64,000 nucleotides of DNA from Mobula hypostoma (GCF_963921235.1 NC_086097.1:92010001-92074000), one strand, 5' to 3'. Counted from the stretch's first letter, positions 13,611 through 27,709 are shown. Made by a program: numbers and translations. The notes: a model not told the origin generated them from the sequence alone.

Positions 13611-16600
13611 AAATGGCCATCACACACTCATTTGGCCAAAGGGCCTGTTTCTGTGCTGTTTGCCTCTGTGACTCCATTACAAAGGTCACAGGTGGAAGTT
13701 TCAGACTATGATGGTGGAAACTGAACTCAAATCCTTGGGATGCTCAGTAGGTCGGGCAGCATCTGTGGGGGGAGAAACAAAAGTTAACATTTCAAATATT
13801 GTCACATCTGTTCCCACCTACTCTGACCCTTCATTAGAGTGGGGTGGCTACAGATGGCTGTAAAGCCCAGGGCTGGATATAGATCGTGGGGAGCCAAGGT
13901 AGAGAACCACAAAATGTCAAATAACATGACATGGGTGGGTAGAGTCAGCTAAATCACCCACCAGCTGCACCATTGAACCTCAGGCTCTGCTCTATTCTCC
14001 GTAAAGGGAAATTTCCTCCATTCTCGAATCCCACCCACCCCCACCCCGTCATTTGCACCAATTAGAAGTGGGACTCCACGTTCATTTGCTCTGTTGTTTG
14101 TCCTGAAGCTGAGCTCTGCTGAAAGCTCAGCGTCACATCTTGTAGGCTGCACCTGCAGCCTGTACGCTCAGGCACAGCAGATGTGTCACCAAGACCAACT
14201 TCTCTAGACTTACCCAGGCACACTTCCCTCTCTCTCCTGCAGGCCAACAAGTCACACAATTAGCAGCCAGCCAGACAGGGGCGGGTGGATAGCTGGTCCC
14301 ATCCTTCATTATATTTCTGATGGGTAGATGGTGGTCCGTCGGGAGTCATGGATACGGGGAGCAGGCAGGAGAATGGGGTTCAGGCGGAGATCAGGGCAGT
14401 CATGACTTGTAAAGAAACTCAGCTTCAAAACAGGCCATTCAGCCCTCTGAGTCTGTACCGACTGTTAAACACCCACTTCCCATAACCTTACCCAAACCTA
14501 CTCTCCCCACATTCCCATCAATTCCACCCAGATTCTACCATCACTCACTCACTGAGGGTTATTTACAGTGGCTAATCAACACAGTCACAGGGAGAACATG
14601 CAGACTCCACACAGAGATCCAAGATTAGGATCAAACTTGAGGCATTGGCTCTGTTATATGCACCACCGTTTCACCCTCCTTCCCCTACTCCTATGTCCTC
14701 CTTCTGCGATTTTTGATGGCCTGTCCACCCATAGACAGTGCTTGCCATTGGGATAACTGTCAGCAGGGGAGTGAACTGAAACCATTGAGGACATCCTTCT
14801 GCTGATTTCACAAGTCACATTATAACCATATAACCATATAACAATTACAGCACAGAAATAGGCCATCTTGGCCCTTCTAGTCCGTGCTGAACTCTTACTC
14901 TCACCTAGTCTCACCGACCTGCACTCAGCCCGTAACCCTCCATTCCTTTCCTGTCCATATATCTATCCAATTTAACTTTAAATGATTATAGCTCATTCAG
15001 ATCACTGTGAGCTATGGCCTGACGTAGAACAATTAATCGCACTCTTAATCTCACAGCGGCCGGGGCATAAGCACAAATACTGGCAATACAGGCAACTTAA
15101 CAGAGAGTTTAGAGGCAGCATGGGCATGTGATGAGACAACAGATTAGACTGATTAATTCATACTGACACAATTGTATTTCTAAGCTATATTGACTGCTCT
15201 GTTGTATATCTTGCGGTGCATACTGTTTATTACAAATCACTAATTTGCATATTGTACATTCAGACAGAGACGAGACAAAGATTTTTATTCCTCACGTATG
15301 TGAAGGATGTAAAAAATAAAGTCAATTCAATTCAGCTGTAAGCACGTTGGGCAGGGTCTGTAGAGAGAGAAACATTTCAAGTTAGTGACCCTTTGCCAGG
15401 ATGGTTGGGAACATGCAGCTGGGACAGGACACGGGAGAATGTAAACAAGAGTGATTATTTCACCCTTCGACAGGGTGTGTGGAAATGGATGGCCAGGACA
15501 GGGGACTAAGGAAAGTGCAAGCTAGGATTGTACAAGCATTCCACCATAGAAGACACTGATGAGCCAGGCCACTGTGGAAGGCTGGGGCATTGGGAAGACA
15601 GGCAGAGAGCTTGAGGTCACTGTCACCATCTTGGCTCAGGTATCATACTGCGCTTCCCTGCATGGAAACAATGAACAAGCGTGTTCATATACCAATGGAT
15701 CTAGCTGCCCTGCATGGTCTGATGGCCAAGGTCAACAGTGTCAGCGGCAACACTCACTATTTAACGTTACTCTGAGGAAGTGGTTCCTAGGGTGGCAGGT
15801 CCAACTCATGAAGAGTCATTGGATTGGCTAATCTTCAATTAGAGCTTTATGGGCCAATTGTGGGCAAATCGGTCTAGCTTAGATAAGATTCTGGTTAGCA
15901 TGGAGAAGTGGAGCCACAGAGCCTGTTTTGGTGCTGTATGACTCTTTGACTCATCCTGTAGAATGGCACAGAAGACTTGAAAGCTGCCTTCTACTGCTAT
16001 TTTCTCTGTTCTTATGTTTGGGAGTTACTGTGGAAGGAAACTCACTCAGATTGTCCTCATGCCAGCTTTGCCTGATGACCGTATAGGCAAAGGCATTTGT
16101 AACAGCAGTCAGACTGGATGAGGCTTTGTCCCAGGGGAGTGGCTGTGTGGGGTATGAATTCTGAGGAAGATTTCCTCGCATATGCCCACCTGTTCAGCCT
16201 GGAGCACCTAATGCCAAGGTGGTGCAGTTCACAGCTGGATCTTACAGCTAAGGCAAACCCACTGGCAGTTGCCCCCTTACAACAGCCAGTTGGACTAGCT
16301 TTTGGCATAGTTGTGGTCAGAGTAAGGCTAGAACCTTGGAGGGTATTCTTGTGCATAATGTCATATCTACTCTCAAGGTACAAACTTTTGTGACTTAATG
16401 CTCATTTCAGCTTGTTGTGAACTACAACCTGGTAAGGAACAGTTGTGCATCTGTTATATTGGCTCAGTTATCTGTTGTTTTTCATTCCCTTATTGGTCTT
16501 ATTCTCTCTGGGAGTGGAGGACATGCTCAGCAAACAATCCTTCTCTGCATTTCATGACTCCTACTTTTGTCTCTGTCCATTGTTTTCACTGATTGATCGG

Positions 16601-17579
16601 GTAGTCTTGTTTATAGTTAATCTATATAGTCACCCTGATTTTACCTGGTCAGAGACATCCCCTCACCTACCTTCACCTTAACAAGCTCCTTTTGTTTACT
16701 TTCCAGTTCTGACAAAGGGTCTTTGACCCGAAACATCAGTTCTGCTTCTCTTCCCAGACCTGCCGAGTACTTGCAACATTTTCTGTTCCATAACAGTGAG
16801 GAAATGCTGTCACTAATTTCACACCGGCAGGCAAAACCTCAGATATTGGAAGTGGACACAATTTAAATGTGGGCTTGGAGGAAATGTGTATATGTGGTGA
16901 GATGTCTGATTGTAACATTTGTAGAGAGAAAACGGAGCTGGTAAATTGGTAAATTTGTTTATTATTATCACATGTACTGAGTAACAGCAGCAAACCTTGA
17001 TTTGCATGTTTTCCACACAGATCATCTCATCGCACCAGTACATCAAGATAACACAAGGGAAAAGCAAGCACAGATTGCAGAATATAGTCTATGGTTGCAG
17101 AGAAAATGCAGTACAGGCAGACAATAAGGTGGAAGGCCATGAAGAGGTAGATCATGAGGTCAAGAATCCATCTTCCGATACAAGAGGTTCATTCAGTGGT
17201 CTTATAACAGCAAGATAGACATTTCCCTTGAGCCTAGTGGTATAGGCTTCCAGGCTTTTGTATCTTCTTCCCGATGGGGAGGGGGTGGAGCTGAGAGAAT
17301 GTCTGGAGTAAGAATGATCTTTGATTATTTTTGCTGCTTTCCCAAGTTAGTGAGAAATATAGACAGAGTCTATGGAGGGGAGAAGTTAACATTTCGATGG
17401 CCATCCAGTGTTCTTAAGCCTTGAGTATGTAGGTGTACGAGGGCAGGCAAAGTCACATGGAGGATATGGATACCACAATAGCACAAAATGGCAGGACTTT
17501 TAGGGACTTGCATGCAAAAAAAAAAATTTGTGGGTGCAACACAAGTGAATTGTATGATGGAGAAGGCTTATAGCATGCT

Positions 17580-18335
17580 ATATATACATTTGCCATCGCT
17601 AATGACACCACTGTTGTTGGTAGAATCTCTGATGGCAATGAAGAGGTTTACAGGAGGGAGATAGGTCAGCTGGTGAGTGATTTTGTGTCAAAACCTTGCA
17701 CTCAACATTAACAAGACCGAGAAATTTATTATGGACTTAGGAAAGGGAAGTTAGGAGAACACACACCAATCTTCATTGAGGGGTCAGTGGTGGAACGAGT
17801 AAGCAGCTTCAAGCTCACCTCAGGGGATTGTCCACATCGATGCAATCATGAAGAAGGCACAGCAGCAGCTCTCCTTCGTTAGGTGTTTCAGGAGATTTGG
17901 TATGTCAATGTCTCACAAGTTTCTGTAGAAGTACCGTGGAGTTCTGACAGGTTGCATTGCATTCTGGTGTGGAAGTTCCAGTGCAAGAGGCAAGAAGGGA
18001 TTATAGTCTCAGTCACCTCCATCATGAGCTCAGCTCAGCTCTCCCTGCCATCAAAAACATTTTGAAGAGGCAGTGCCTAAAGAAGGTGGCATCCATCATT
18101 AAGATCCCTCGCCATCTGGGACATGCCCTCTTCTCGTTGGTACCGTCAGGGAGGTGGTACAAGAGCCTGAAAATCCACACTCAGCAATTTAGAAATAACT
18201 TGTTAACGGTCCATGAACCAATTAACATGGCCATTTTTAGGCAATATTCATTTATTTTTATAATTTATAGATTTTTTTTTGCATGTGCTGTTGCTGTAAA
18301 GCATCAAATTCCACGTCATATGTCAGTGGTCTGAT
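17580..18335 (+). mobile_element. Degraded Rex/Babar-type LINE 3' part
   Basis: ANDTTVVGRISDG (FADD region), LNINKTE, CLKKVASIIK..HLGHALFSLVPSGRWYKSL. Confidence 0.75.
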
Positions 18336-18989
18336 TTTGATCTGATTCTGCTTTCCTTCATCATCCGAGTCACTGAGTGTCACAGTCAGGAAGTCTTACA
18401 GAAGCTGTATAAAACTACGACCACTTTTGTATATGGTACGCAGCTCAGATCACCGCGCCATAAGGTGAATGTGGGGGCTTTGGAGAGGGTACAAAGGAGG
18501 GTGCTCCATGGATGAGAGAGTTGGGTAGAAGGAGAGGTTGGCTAAATTTGGATTGTTTTCTCTGGCGTGTCAGAAGCTGAGGAGCAAGCTGATAGAAATT
18601 CATAAAATTATGAGAGGCTGCGATAGGGTGGATAGAATCCTTTTTCCCCTCCCAGTGTGGAGATGTCAAATACTACAGGGAATATCCTGAAGGTGATGTG
18701 CGAAGCAAGTTTTTTCACACAAAGACCAGTAAGTATCTGGAATGTGCTGACAGGGGGAGATAAAAGAAGCCAATATGGCAGCAGCATTTACGAACATACA
18801 AGCAGGAAGGAAATGGAGGGATTTAGGCCATATGCAGTCAGGTTGGATTCGTTAGAATGGTATCATGGTTGAACAGACTTAGTACACTGTGCTGTTCTAT
18901 ATTTACATACAGTATGCCTTAATTTCATTTATAAATATTTAATTTGTGACCTTTTTTGTTTCTGGATAGTGGCCAAACATTCATTGCTA

Positions 18990-19340
18990 GAGGGAAGTGA
19001 AGGAGCGTATGAATGGGGAATTGAGCCCTTCATCGACAGTCAGACCTGTCGCTGCTGCCTCCTCTTCTTTCTCCTCAAGCCCTTGCAGCTGAGTGGTCTT
19101 CTGTACAAGTGTTGCCCCCTCACAATCGGCAGGTAGCAGGCAACAGGCCACAGGCCATCAGCTACCCTGGCAGCCCCTCAGCACAGCTCAAGCACCGCAG
19201 GGCTCCTCTAGTGCAGTCCAAGCAACACAAGATTGCCTCCACAATGCCAAACATATTGACGCAACCACCCCGTCACGCTTGCAGTGGCAGCACAACTTGC
19301 GTTCACACAGGCTGTGCACAAGTACTTGGGTTGGTCAATA
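18990..19340 (-). pseudogene. PIF/Harbinger transposase fossil (C-terminal part)
   Basis: Minus frame 19251-19192 reads FGIVEAILCCLDCTRGALRC, with the same spacing as the Harbinger/HARBI1 motif FGxLKxRFRCLDxSGGALxY; followed by an acidic EEKEEE tract; stops and frameshifts present. Confidence 0.55.
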
Positions 19341-20360
19341 GCTTTGCTGTTAGTGCAGAGCTGTGTTTGCTTAGTAGCAATAATATAACAAAAAATTGCT
19401 GGTTATGTTCAGCTAGTGGGGCACCATCCGAGCATGACCTTTCATCAGGTTAATGCCTTGTTGCTTTCCAAAGCATAGTTTAATTAAACTTTCAGGTTCA
19501 AATCTGTCTGTTCAAGTGTCATGTCACACGTTTGTTAAGTTGTACAATCAGCACTGTGCATCAGTGATACAGTACAAATTCCAAATGTATACCTGCACTA
19601 TATATAATTACCTTCACTACCTTACAATTATATGACATAAAATAAAATATATAATAACATAAGCTATTCTGTTTTAAATTAATGCTTAATTCGATGATAT
19701 CATTTAAAAATTAAGTTTAATTACATGCATTCTATTTGTGACATTGCTGTAGCAGTCCACTATTACATCTCCAATTTCGAGTAATCGAGTCATACAGCAC
19801 TGAACCAGGCTACTTGGCTCAGCCACTCCACAGCGAGTATTAACTACTCTTCCCACATTAACCCATCTCCCCCAGCTTCCACCACTCGCCTACACACTGG
19901 GAATAATAATTCACAGCGGCAGATTAGTTTAAGAGCTCGCGTCTCTTTGGAGTGTGGCAGGAAACCGGTGTCTGGAGATATGATGTGTGAGATCACAGGG
20001 AGACGGTGCAAGCTCGGCGCAGGCAGCGCCCGAGCTCAGGATCGAACCGGCGTCGCTGGAACTGTGAGGCAGCAGGATTACTGGCTGCACCATCATTGAC
20101 CTGACAGCAGTCATTTGTCTGTGTGAAGAGTTGGTGTACTGTTTTGGTGATATAGCATTAATCCTGTTGCTGAGATCACTGACTGCTGCTTGTTCTTGAT
20201 ATTTCCCTTTCCATCAGTTGTTACCCTTAAACTTTGGAGACTTAGATCCATGGAGTTCTACAGACCAAAATAGGCTCTTTGTACCAAACTGTCTATACTG
20301 AGCAAGGTGCCTTCCTCAGCTAGTCCCATTTGTCTGCATTTTGCCCATATCCTTCTAAAT

Positions 20361-20440
20361 TGGGGGTTCCTAACCTTTTTTATGCCATGGAACAACACCA
20401 TTAAACAAGGGGTCTGTGGGCTTTGGGTATGGAGCCCCTG
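20361..20440. mobile_element. 80-bp hAT-type MITE inserted in a CR1 3' end
   Basis: Ends TGGGGGTTCC.../...GGAGCCCCTG; near-TSD ttctaaat/ctctaaac; sister copy at 58434-58513. Confidence 0.65.
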
Positions 20441-21224
20441 CTCTAAACCTTTCTTACTGATGAACCTGTCCAGATGTCTTTCAAGTGCTATAATTGCGCC
20501 CACCTCTACCACTTCTTCTGGCCACTCATTCCACGTACCCACATCCTCTGCGTGAAAGTCTTGCCCCTCAGATCTCTTGCAAATCTTTCCCTTCCCCAAC
20601 TTAAACCTATGCCTTCCAGTCTTAGATTCCCCTACCCTGGGAAAAAGACTGCGCCCCTCGTGATTTTATAAACCTCTATAAAAGAAAGCTACCTCAGTCG
20701 CCTTTACTCCAGGGAAAACAGCCCCAGCCTATCTAGTCTCCTTATAACTCAAGCCCTCTAGTCTTGGCCACTTCCTTGTAAATCTTTTCTGCACCCTCTC
20801 TAGCTTAATCACATCCTTCCTATAGTGCAGTGAGCAGAGTTGCTCAGAATGTTCAAGTACTGCCTTACCAATGTCTGGTACAGCTCTATAGTGATGTCCC
20901 TGATAAAGTTTAAGGGAATGGGGGATTTTCAGATTCCTGTAAACGATGGATTGAGTACTTGACTATGTCTGTGACTGCAGTGTGTTTCGATGATGTCTCA
21001 CAGCTGCCTTCTTTGGAGCAAGATAATGGTTAAAGTTCGCCCAGATCCACATAAGATGTCTCTGGGCTTTTCACACCTTTTGATTTTGACAAAAAGCGTA
21101 CCTGATGGAAATTAGACAGAACATTCCTTTCTTAGTTATAGCATAAATTTGACGGGTGTTCTTATCTTTGTAATTAAGTTGTGGCTTCAGCAAACCAGGT
21201 AGGACATTCCTTTCTTTAATTAAG

Positions 21225-21424
21225 GTGGCTGGAGTGTCTAACAAATTGATTGTACTTTTGTATCAATAGTCCATTGACTTGGCCGGAATAGTTATCAAAC
21301 TGATTGTTCTCTGTATCAATAGTCCATTGACTTGACCGGAATGGTTATCAAACTGATTGTTCTCTGTTTCAATAGTCTATTTATTTGGCTGGAAGGCTTA
21401 TCAAATTGATTGTTCTTTTGTATC
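21225..21424. repeat. 53-bp minisatellite, about 3.7 copies
   Basis: Units start at 21261, 21314 and 21367 (TATCAATAGTCCATTGACTTGGCCGGAATAGTTATCAAACTGATTGTTCTCTG), plus a partial upstream copy. Confidence 0.9.
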
Positions 21425-24400
21425 GGTGGCCTTATAACTTCTGACAATTCTGACATCAGGTAGTGAACTTGCTGAACTGTCGGGGAGATGAGAACGGTTC
21501 TCTCCATGATGTCAGGTCCAAGTTCACTCGCCGGCTGAGCTGGAAGAAATAAACGGGTGAAAAGATAGGTAATGATGTTTTTGTGCTGCCGTTATTTGTT
21601 CCAGCAAAGTTACATTTACATCCCAAATCCTGTATTTGGTGGCCCAACGAATGAAGGCAAGCTTGCTATAAACCTCCATTACCAGTCTGCTACCTGTATC
21701 ACCACCTTCAGGAAACTGTGGATTTCTATGCCGAGGTCTCTGTGTTCAACTCTGCTAAGGGCCTTTCTATCTATTGCGTATGTCTTAGCCTGGTTTAACT
21801 TCACAGACTGCATCACTTTGCACCTGTCTGAGTTAAATTCTACCTCCCGTCCTTTTGCCTACTCTAGATCTTGCTGTAACCTTAGGCATCCTTATTCATT
21901 GACCACTACACCAATAGTTATCGTGTCATCTGCAGACTTACTAATCATGCCTCCTACATTCTCATCCAAATCATATATATATATAATAATCAATAGAGAA
22001 CTCACTACCACCCTCTGCCTCCTATCACCAAAGAAGTTTTGTATCCAGTTGGTCAGCTTACCTCAGCTCCCATGTGATCTAAGCTACCATGTGAGACCTT
22101 GTCAAAGGTCTTGCTAAAGTCATAAGCAATCCCTCCTGATCTGCCCTTACCAATCCTCTTGATTACCTCTTCAAAAAAACTCAATCAAATTTGCGAGACA
22201 CAACTCCCCACGCACAGAATGATGTTGATCCCTAATCTGTTCCTTGCTTTCCAAGTGCTGTCCCGTCCCGCAGAATCCTCTCCAGTAACCTTTCCAATAC
22301 CTGTGCATTTCTTATGGACTTATTCTAGGGATGTCGGGGTCAGTGATTAGCTTTGCTTCCCATGCAGACACTCGGGGAAATTCTCACTGTTGATGTATCT
22401 TGTTTTTGCCGACATGCATGCTTTCAATGCAAACACTATTACGTGCGTATTTTCTACTAGAGATGCAAAATGGCTTCATTTTCCCCTTTTGTTTAACGAC
22501 AAGCTTGTTAAAATTTTCCTCACTGCATCATAACCATTAGTAATCAGCTGCTCCTTTCAGTAGCTGTTTTAAGTTTGTTGTCTATTCTGACATATGAGGA
22601 ATTAAAGAATTCAACTCCTTTCTTGCCCCTGATGTTTCCAGCTTTGCAGTAGCTGTGACAGTTCAGGGTTTGCATCCATTCTGGGGTGCATACTGTTCTG
22701 AAAAGTTGGCATCCCTTCTCAATTATGACACATTTAGTTTTAGAATAGTTTTGCATTCTTTTTCCGTAGCCCCGTGATTTAATGAGATCAACAGTTGTCA
22801 CTCACTATCTTCCATTATTATGACAGGACATCCAGTGAACTTTCCCTTTGCCCCTCTGATTCCTATTATTTGTTCTTGTGGAATTCTGTATATGCCGTGA
22901 TTATAATTTTGCTTTCTTTCAACATATTTTCTTTAAGGTTATGTATCGGTAACCACCAAGTTTTTGAACCGACTCTAAACCTCTACATCACCAATATAAC
23001 ACTATATACTTGCACTGCTAAGGATTTATAGTTGATTGTGTCTGTATGTTTTTTTTGGCCTAAGTTCTTGTTTCTACACAGTCCTTTCCTTTCTCTCATC
23101 ACTGTCATCACAGTAACATAGTGACTAGCAGAATTGCTTTGCATCATTTGTGACCATCGATCAGGATTCAGTTCCTTCTGCTGCTGTCATTCTCCCGGTG
23201 CCCTTACGGACGGGTTTTCTCCTGGCACACCGTTCTCCTCCCGCATAAAGACCTACAGTTCGGGTCAGGGTTAGTAAGCTGTGAGCATGCTGGAAGCCCC
23301 TTGCCGATTTGATTTGATGTGAATGATGAATTCCACTATTTGTTTCAATGTAAAAGTGACAAATAAAGCTAATCTTTATCTTTTTTTATTTATCTTTCGT
23401 GTAACCTATGTATAATGCATGGATAATGATTTATTCTGTGTGGTGTCTTTCCCTATGTATGTGCATGTTGTGACAAGCGTTTCATTATACCTGTACCTCT
23501 CCATACTTGTGCGTATGATGATGCACTTGATTTTCAGAATTTCAGGAAACATCTTTCAAGTATAAACAGAGTGGTGTGATGTAATTATATCAACACACAC
23601 ACAAGATGCTGGTGAACACAGCAGGCCAGGCAGCATCTATAGGAAGAGGTACAGTTGACGTTTCCGGCCGAGACCCTCTTACTATCTCTTCTTTCAGTTA
23701 GTCCTGATGAAGGGTCCTCACTTATTTCCCAATTGTTACAAAGATCTAATCGTTTCCCTGCTGCCTATAAGAAGTCATAGCTGATCACTTTGTTACTTGA
23801 ATGGGGAGAAAAAGAACTGCAAATGGTGCAAATTGGGAATTAAGAACTAAAAATGCTGCGGAGAGAGAATGTTTACCATTAGTGTTTAGAGTTAATGCTC
23901 CAGGTTGATCACTATTCGGTCAGAACTACTGTACGAAGGGCAGCGTGGTAGCATAACACTATTACGACACCAGCGACCTGGCTTCAAATTCCGCCAGTGT
24001 CCGTCAGGAGTTTGCCTGTTGTCCCAGCGGCTGTGTGGGTTTCCTCTAGGTGCTTTGGTTTCCTCCCTCTAAGACGGGTCAGTAGGTTAATTGATCGAAT
24101 GGCCTACTTCTATATCTTACGGTCTTATGATCACAGAGATATAATTGGGTGACGCAGTCTCGTTGGGCCAGAAGGGCCTGATCCTTGTTGTATCTCTAAA
24201 TTAGATTAAATTAAGAGTTAAAACACAGACGTGTTTAAAACTGCAGGAAAGGGGATGAAAACAAAGGGAGTGTCTGTGACAGAGTGAGACTAAGAAAAAA
24301 AAAGACGACACTGGTGTTGGCTAATAGTGAGTGGCAGAGAATCGTTAATGGCATCTAAGCCGCCTGGAGGAGGGGAACAGTGAAAGGAAACATAAAGCAA

Positions 24401-26403
24401 CACTGGAGTTCAAAGGGACTGAACAAAGCAGTCGTAAATCTGAAGTAAGGTAAAATGCCGGATAAGCCAGGCATGTTGGTCTGCATCTGTGGAGAGCGCA
24501 GAAACAGAGGGGATGACCCAGAACTGGTGGTAGGATTGTGCGGCTGATGGGATGAGTGTAGGTAGAACTGAATAGATCAGGAGGAGGTAGAACATGGACA
24601 AAGAGACCAGTTTACTTGAAATTAGAGAACTCAGTGGGTTCATACTGTACATTGTGTTGAGGGTCAGCTAAAAGTCCTGCTCCCTGAGTACCCAGTGTTG
24701 GACTTGTCCCTTTTTCTCTCCTTTCTCCACTAGCTGGAGCTTTTCTAAGGACCCTTTGCCCACTCTCCCACTGACACTATGTAACAAAATGTGCGCCTGT
24801 TAACGCAGCCATGCCTAATATCTGTCCATTTGGTGTGGAGACCTTGAAAAGTATTGAGGTCAAGAAAAAATTTCCCAATGAGATGCCTCTCAGAAGACTA
24901 TGAAATGAAATCAAGTTTAATTATCATTCTAACCATACATAGATACAGCTGATTGAGACAGCGTTCCTCTGGGGCCAAGGTGAAAAACATTCAAAATAGC
25001 AAGCAATCAAAAATAGCGAGTAACATAATTCAAAATAGTGAGCAAAGAAGCATATTGACTTGGAAAAAAATCATATATATGGTCCAAGACCCTGGGCGAC
25101 AATGTCCAGCAACCAATGGTACAGTCCCCTGGCAGTGTACAGAAGCACGCAATCCAGCCTGTCATTCCACATTTGTAAAATAGCAAGAACATGACATTAA
25201 TCAACAGCTAACCCTTGAGTAATTAATGTTGCCTTTGAATAATTTAAATTTAAAGGAGTTGATAGTTGTCTTCAGGAAGGGGAAGACAAGAGAACACACA
25301 GCAATCTTCTTTGAGGAGTCAGCAGCGGAAAACTTGAGCAGCTTCAACTTCCTGGCATCAACATCGTAAGAGGACCTGTCCTGGACCCAACACATTAATG
25401 CAATCACCAGGAAGGCACTCCAGTGGCAATACTTTGTTAGGAGTTTGAGGAGATTTGGTGTGTCACCAAAGACACTATTTCCAAATTTCTACTGTGGAGA
25501 GCATCCTGACTAGCTCCAACACAGGCCCGGTATGGAGGGTCGAACGAGGCTGCCGAAGGTTGTGTTCTCTGCCAGCTCCATCAGGGCACAATCTTCCCCA
25601 CCATTGAACACATCTTCAAGGGGCAGTGCCTGAAGAAGGTGGCTTTGATCATTGAGGTCCCCCCCCCCCCCGCCCCGCCATCTGGGACATGGCTGCTTCC
25701 TGTTATTTCTATCTGGGAGCCTGAAGACCCATGCTCAATATTGTAGAAACAGCTTTCACAACCTATGTCAGAGATAATAAACCAGATTCTGATTCTAAAC
25801 TGTCTTTCTCTATTCTAAGCTAGCCTGCCCAGCTCTTCTTCATAAGAAAATTCACCTATTTCACATATTAGTTGAGTAAACTTTCTCTGAACTCCTCCCG
25901 TCAAGTATTCCACCTCATCCTCAGCACCTGCACGGACAGGGTATCTCATTTGTGTGTCCCATTGATGTGCTTTTGTTGCTGGCCCCATTTTGGAATTCTG
26001 TTGGAACCACAGGTCGTCCCTGGGCAATGAATGGGTTCTATTTTCACAGAAGCCCAACAATTGATTCTACTTACAAGTCATAAACTTATGAAAAATCACT
26101 TCAAATGCTAACCATAACTGCATAGTGTTATTGTGAATAATGCAAAAAGCACATAAAATCAAAAAAAAAGAGGGGGGGGAGAGAGTGGGAGAGAAAAAAA
26201 CAAGTTCTGCCCCTTGTAGGAACCCACATATGTACGTATGTGGGACTCTGAATTTAATAATATTGTGGGCACTTCTTCATATGTGCAGGTGTACATAGGT
26301 TGGATGTTTGCAATCATTAAGTATGATAAACTTTCCCTCCTGTGAAATTGTCTGGAGCTGTTTATTTTGCTGCTCCGTATTTAGTTAATTTGAATGCAAA
26401 GTA

Positions 26404-27500
26404 CTATATATCCGTAAAATCTGATACAATGCAGAAAATTCCTGGACACCACAAGACCTTTTTAACTAGTGGGTGACTAGAAAAATAATCCCTGCCCCTT
26501 AATTCATTTTTCCAATCCTCCTGCCACTTGTTCTCTATACCCTTTTTAATCCTACTTCTCAATTCTGCTCTGCCTAGGGGAACTCTAATTTCTACTTGCC
26601 TGCTCTGTAAGGAAGACTTTGCAATGCCATCCACAATTTCATTTCCCTCCATTCCAGCATGCCCAGGTATCCATGAAAATCTAGCTGCACAACCCATCTT
26701 CCCTACTCTAAACAACACTAAGAGAATCTCAATAACTATGTTAGGACGAGCTTTTGATTTATTCCCTTTTATAGCCTCTAAGGCAGCAGCAGAATCCGAA
26801 CAGATGATAACCCTACGTGGTCGAGAGTCTTCTATCCACCATAAGGCCCAGAGGATTGCTAATAATTCTGTTGCTAAGACAGAAACACCATCTGAAACCC
26901 AGTGACTAATCTTAATTCCAAGTTGAGATGCATACATCCCAAATCCTGCCCAACTGCTCGCTGGGTCCACTGAGCCATCAGTAAAAATCTTCAGATAAGA
27001 TCCCAAATTATTATTTAAATATTCATTTGTGATCAACGCTGATGAAATTGCACTGCTTCCTTGAAGCTGAAAAGGGAGGAATAGGTCTACTTCTGGTTCT
27101 GGAAAGAGCCAAAAAGGGATGGGTGGCAAGCAAATTTGGTCAGCTATGTCTTCCTCAGTCAGTTCCAATTTCACAGCCCAGTTATTAACCAAATATAAAA
27201 ATGGGTATCTTTTAATTTTACTTTGGCGCTCCGACTTCCCCTACAAAAGACACTTTGGTGGACAGGTGTGATTGAATCCATTTAGTTTTGCCCAATACTA
27301 CAGGCCCAACTGAACTTGTCTTAAATGTAGAGGCACTTCTCCCATCTCCACACATAATGCCGGGACTGATGTTTGTTCTAAAAGCTCCACAACAGAGTCT
27401 AAGTACTTTGGACCGCACAGTGTCTAGTTTTCCAAGCACTGCCGTAACAGTGGAACCATAAGCAATACAACCATAATCTATAACTGATCTAATCAGCAAC
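26404..27500 (-). mobile_element. I/Nimb-type non-LTR retrotransposon fragment: RT thumb plus RNase H domain
   Basis: LIRSVIDYGCIAYG...LRLCCGAFRT, then a 262-codon ORF with IFTDGS, ATELLAI, ICSDS and WIPGHAGMEGNEIVD (RNase H D-E-D-D). Confidence 0.85.
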
Positions 27501-27706
27501 CACACTGTATCTTGTTTTACGGCCGTTGGCATCCAGAAGCAACCACACTCGAACCCAGGTCCACCTATGTTCCCAGCCTCAGGACGAGCATCAGGTGCCT
27601 ATGATTAAACCCAACTGAAACAAGGGACAACCGGAAGACCTGGAGTCTGGAGTCCATGGACTGGACTGTGAACCGGAACGCAGGCTTCACGGACCGGACC
27701 ATGACA
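27500..27706 (-). mobile_element. Probable LTR fragment (Gypsy-like)
   Basis: Minus strand starts TGTCATGGTCCGG (TG terminus), is GC-richer than the flanks and has short internal repeats; abrupt junction with the Tc1 piece. Confidence 0.4.
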
Positions 27707-27709
27707 GAC

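Noticed and set aside
16118..16393. ORF with NSEEDFL resembling the acidic EDSEDD motif of ITPK N-termini
   Set aside because: Lies in what looks like degraded repeat sequence, lacks the preceding Ser-rich motif and has no convincing link to exon 37425.
21225..21424. CRISPR-like array
   Set aside because: Units are head-to-tail with no unique spacers, there are no cas genes and the context is eukaryotic: a minisatellite.
21572..22117. 181-aa ORF
   Set aside because: Antisense reading of a decayed CR1 RT; no independent coding signal.
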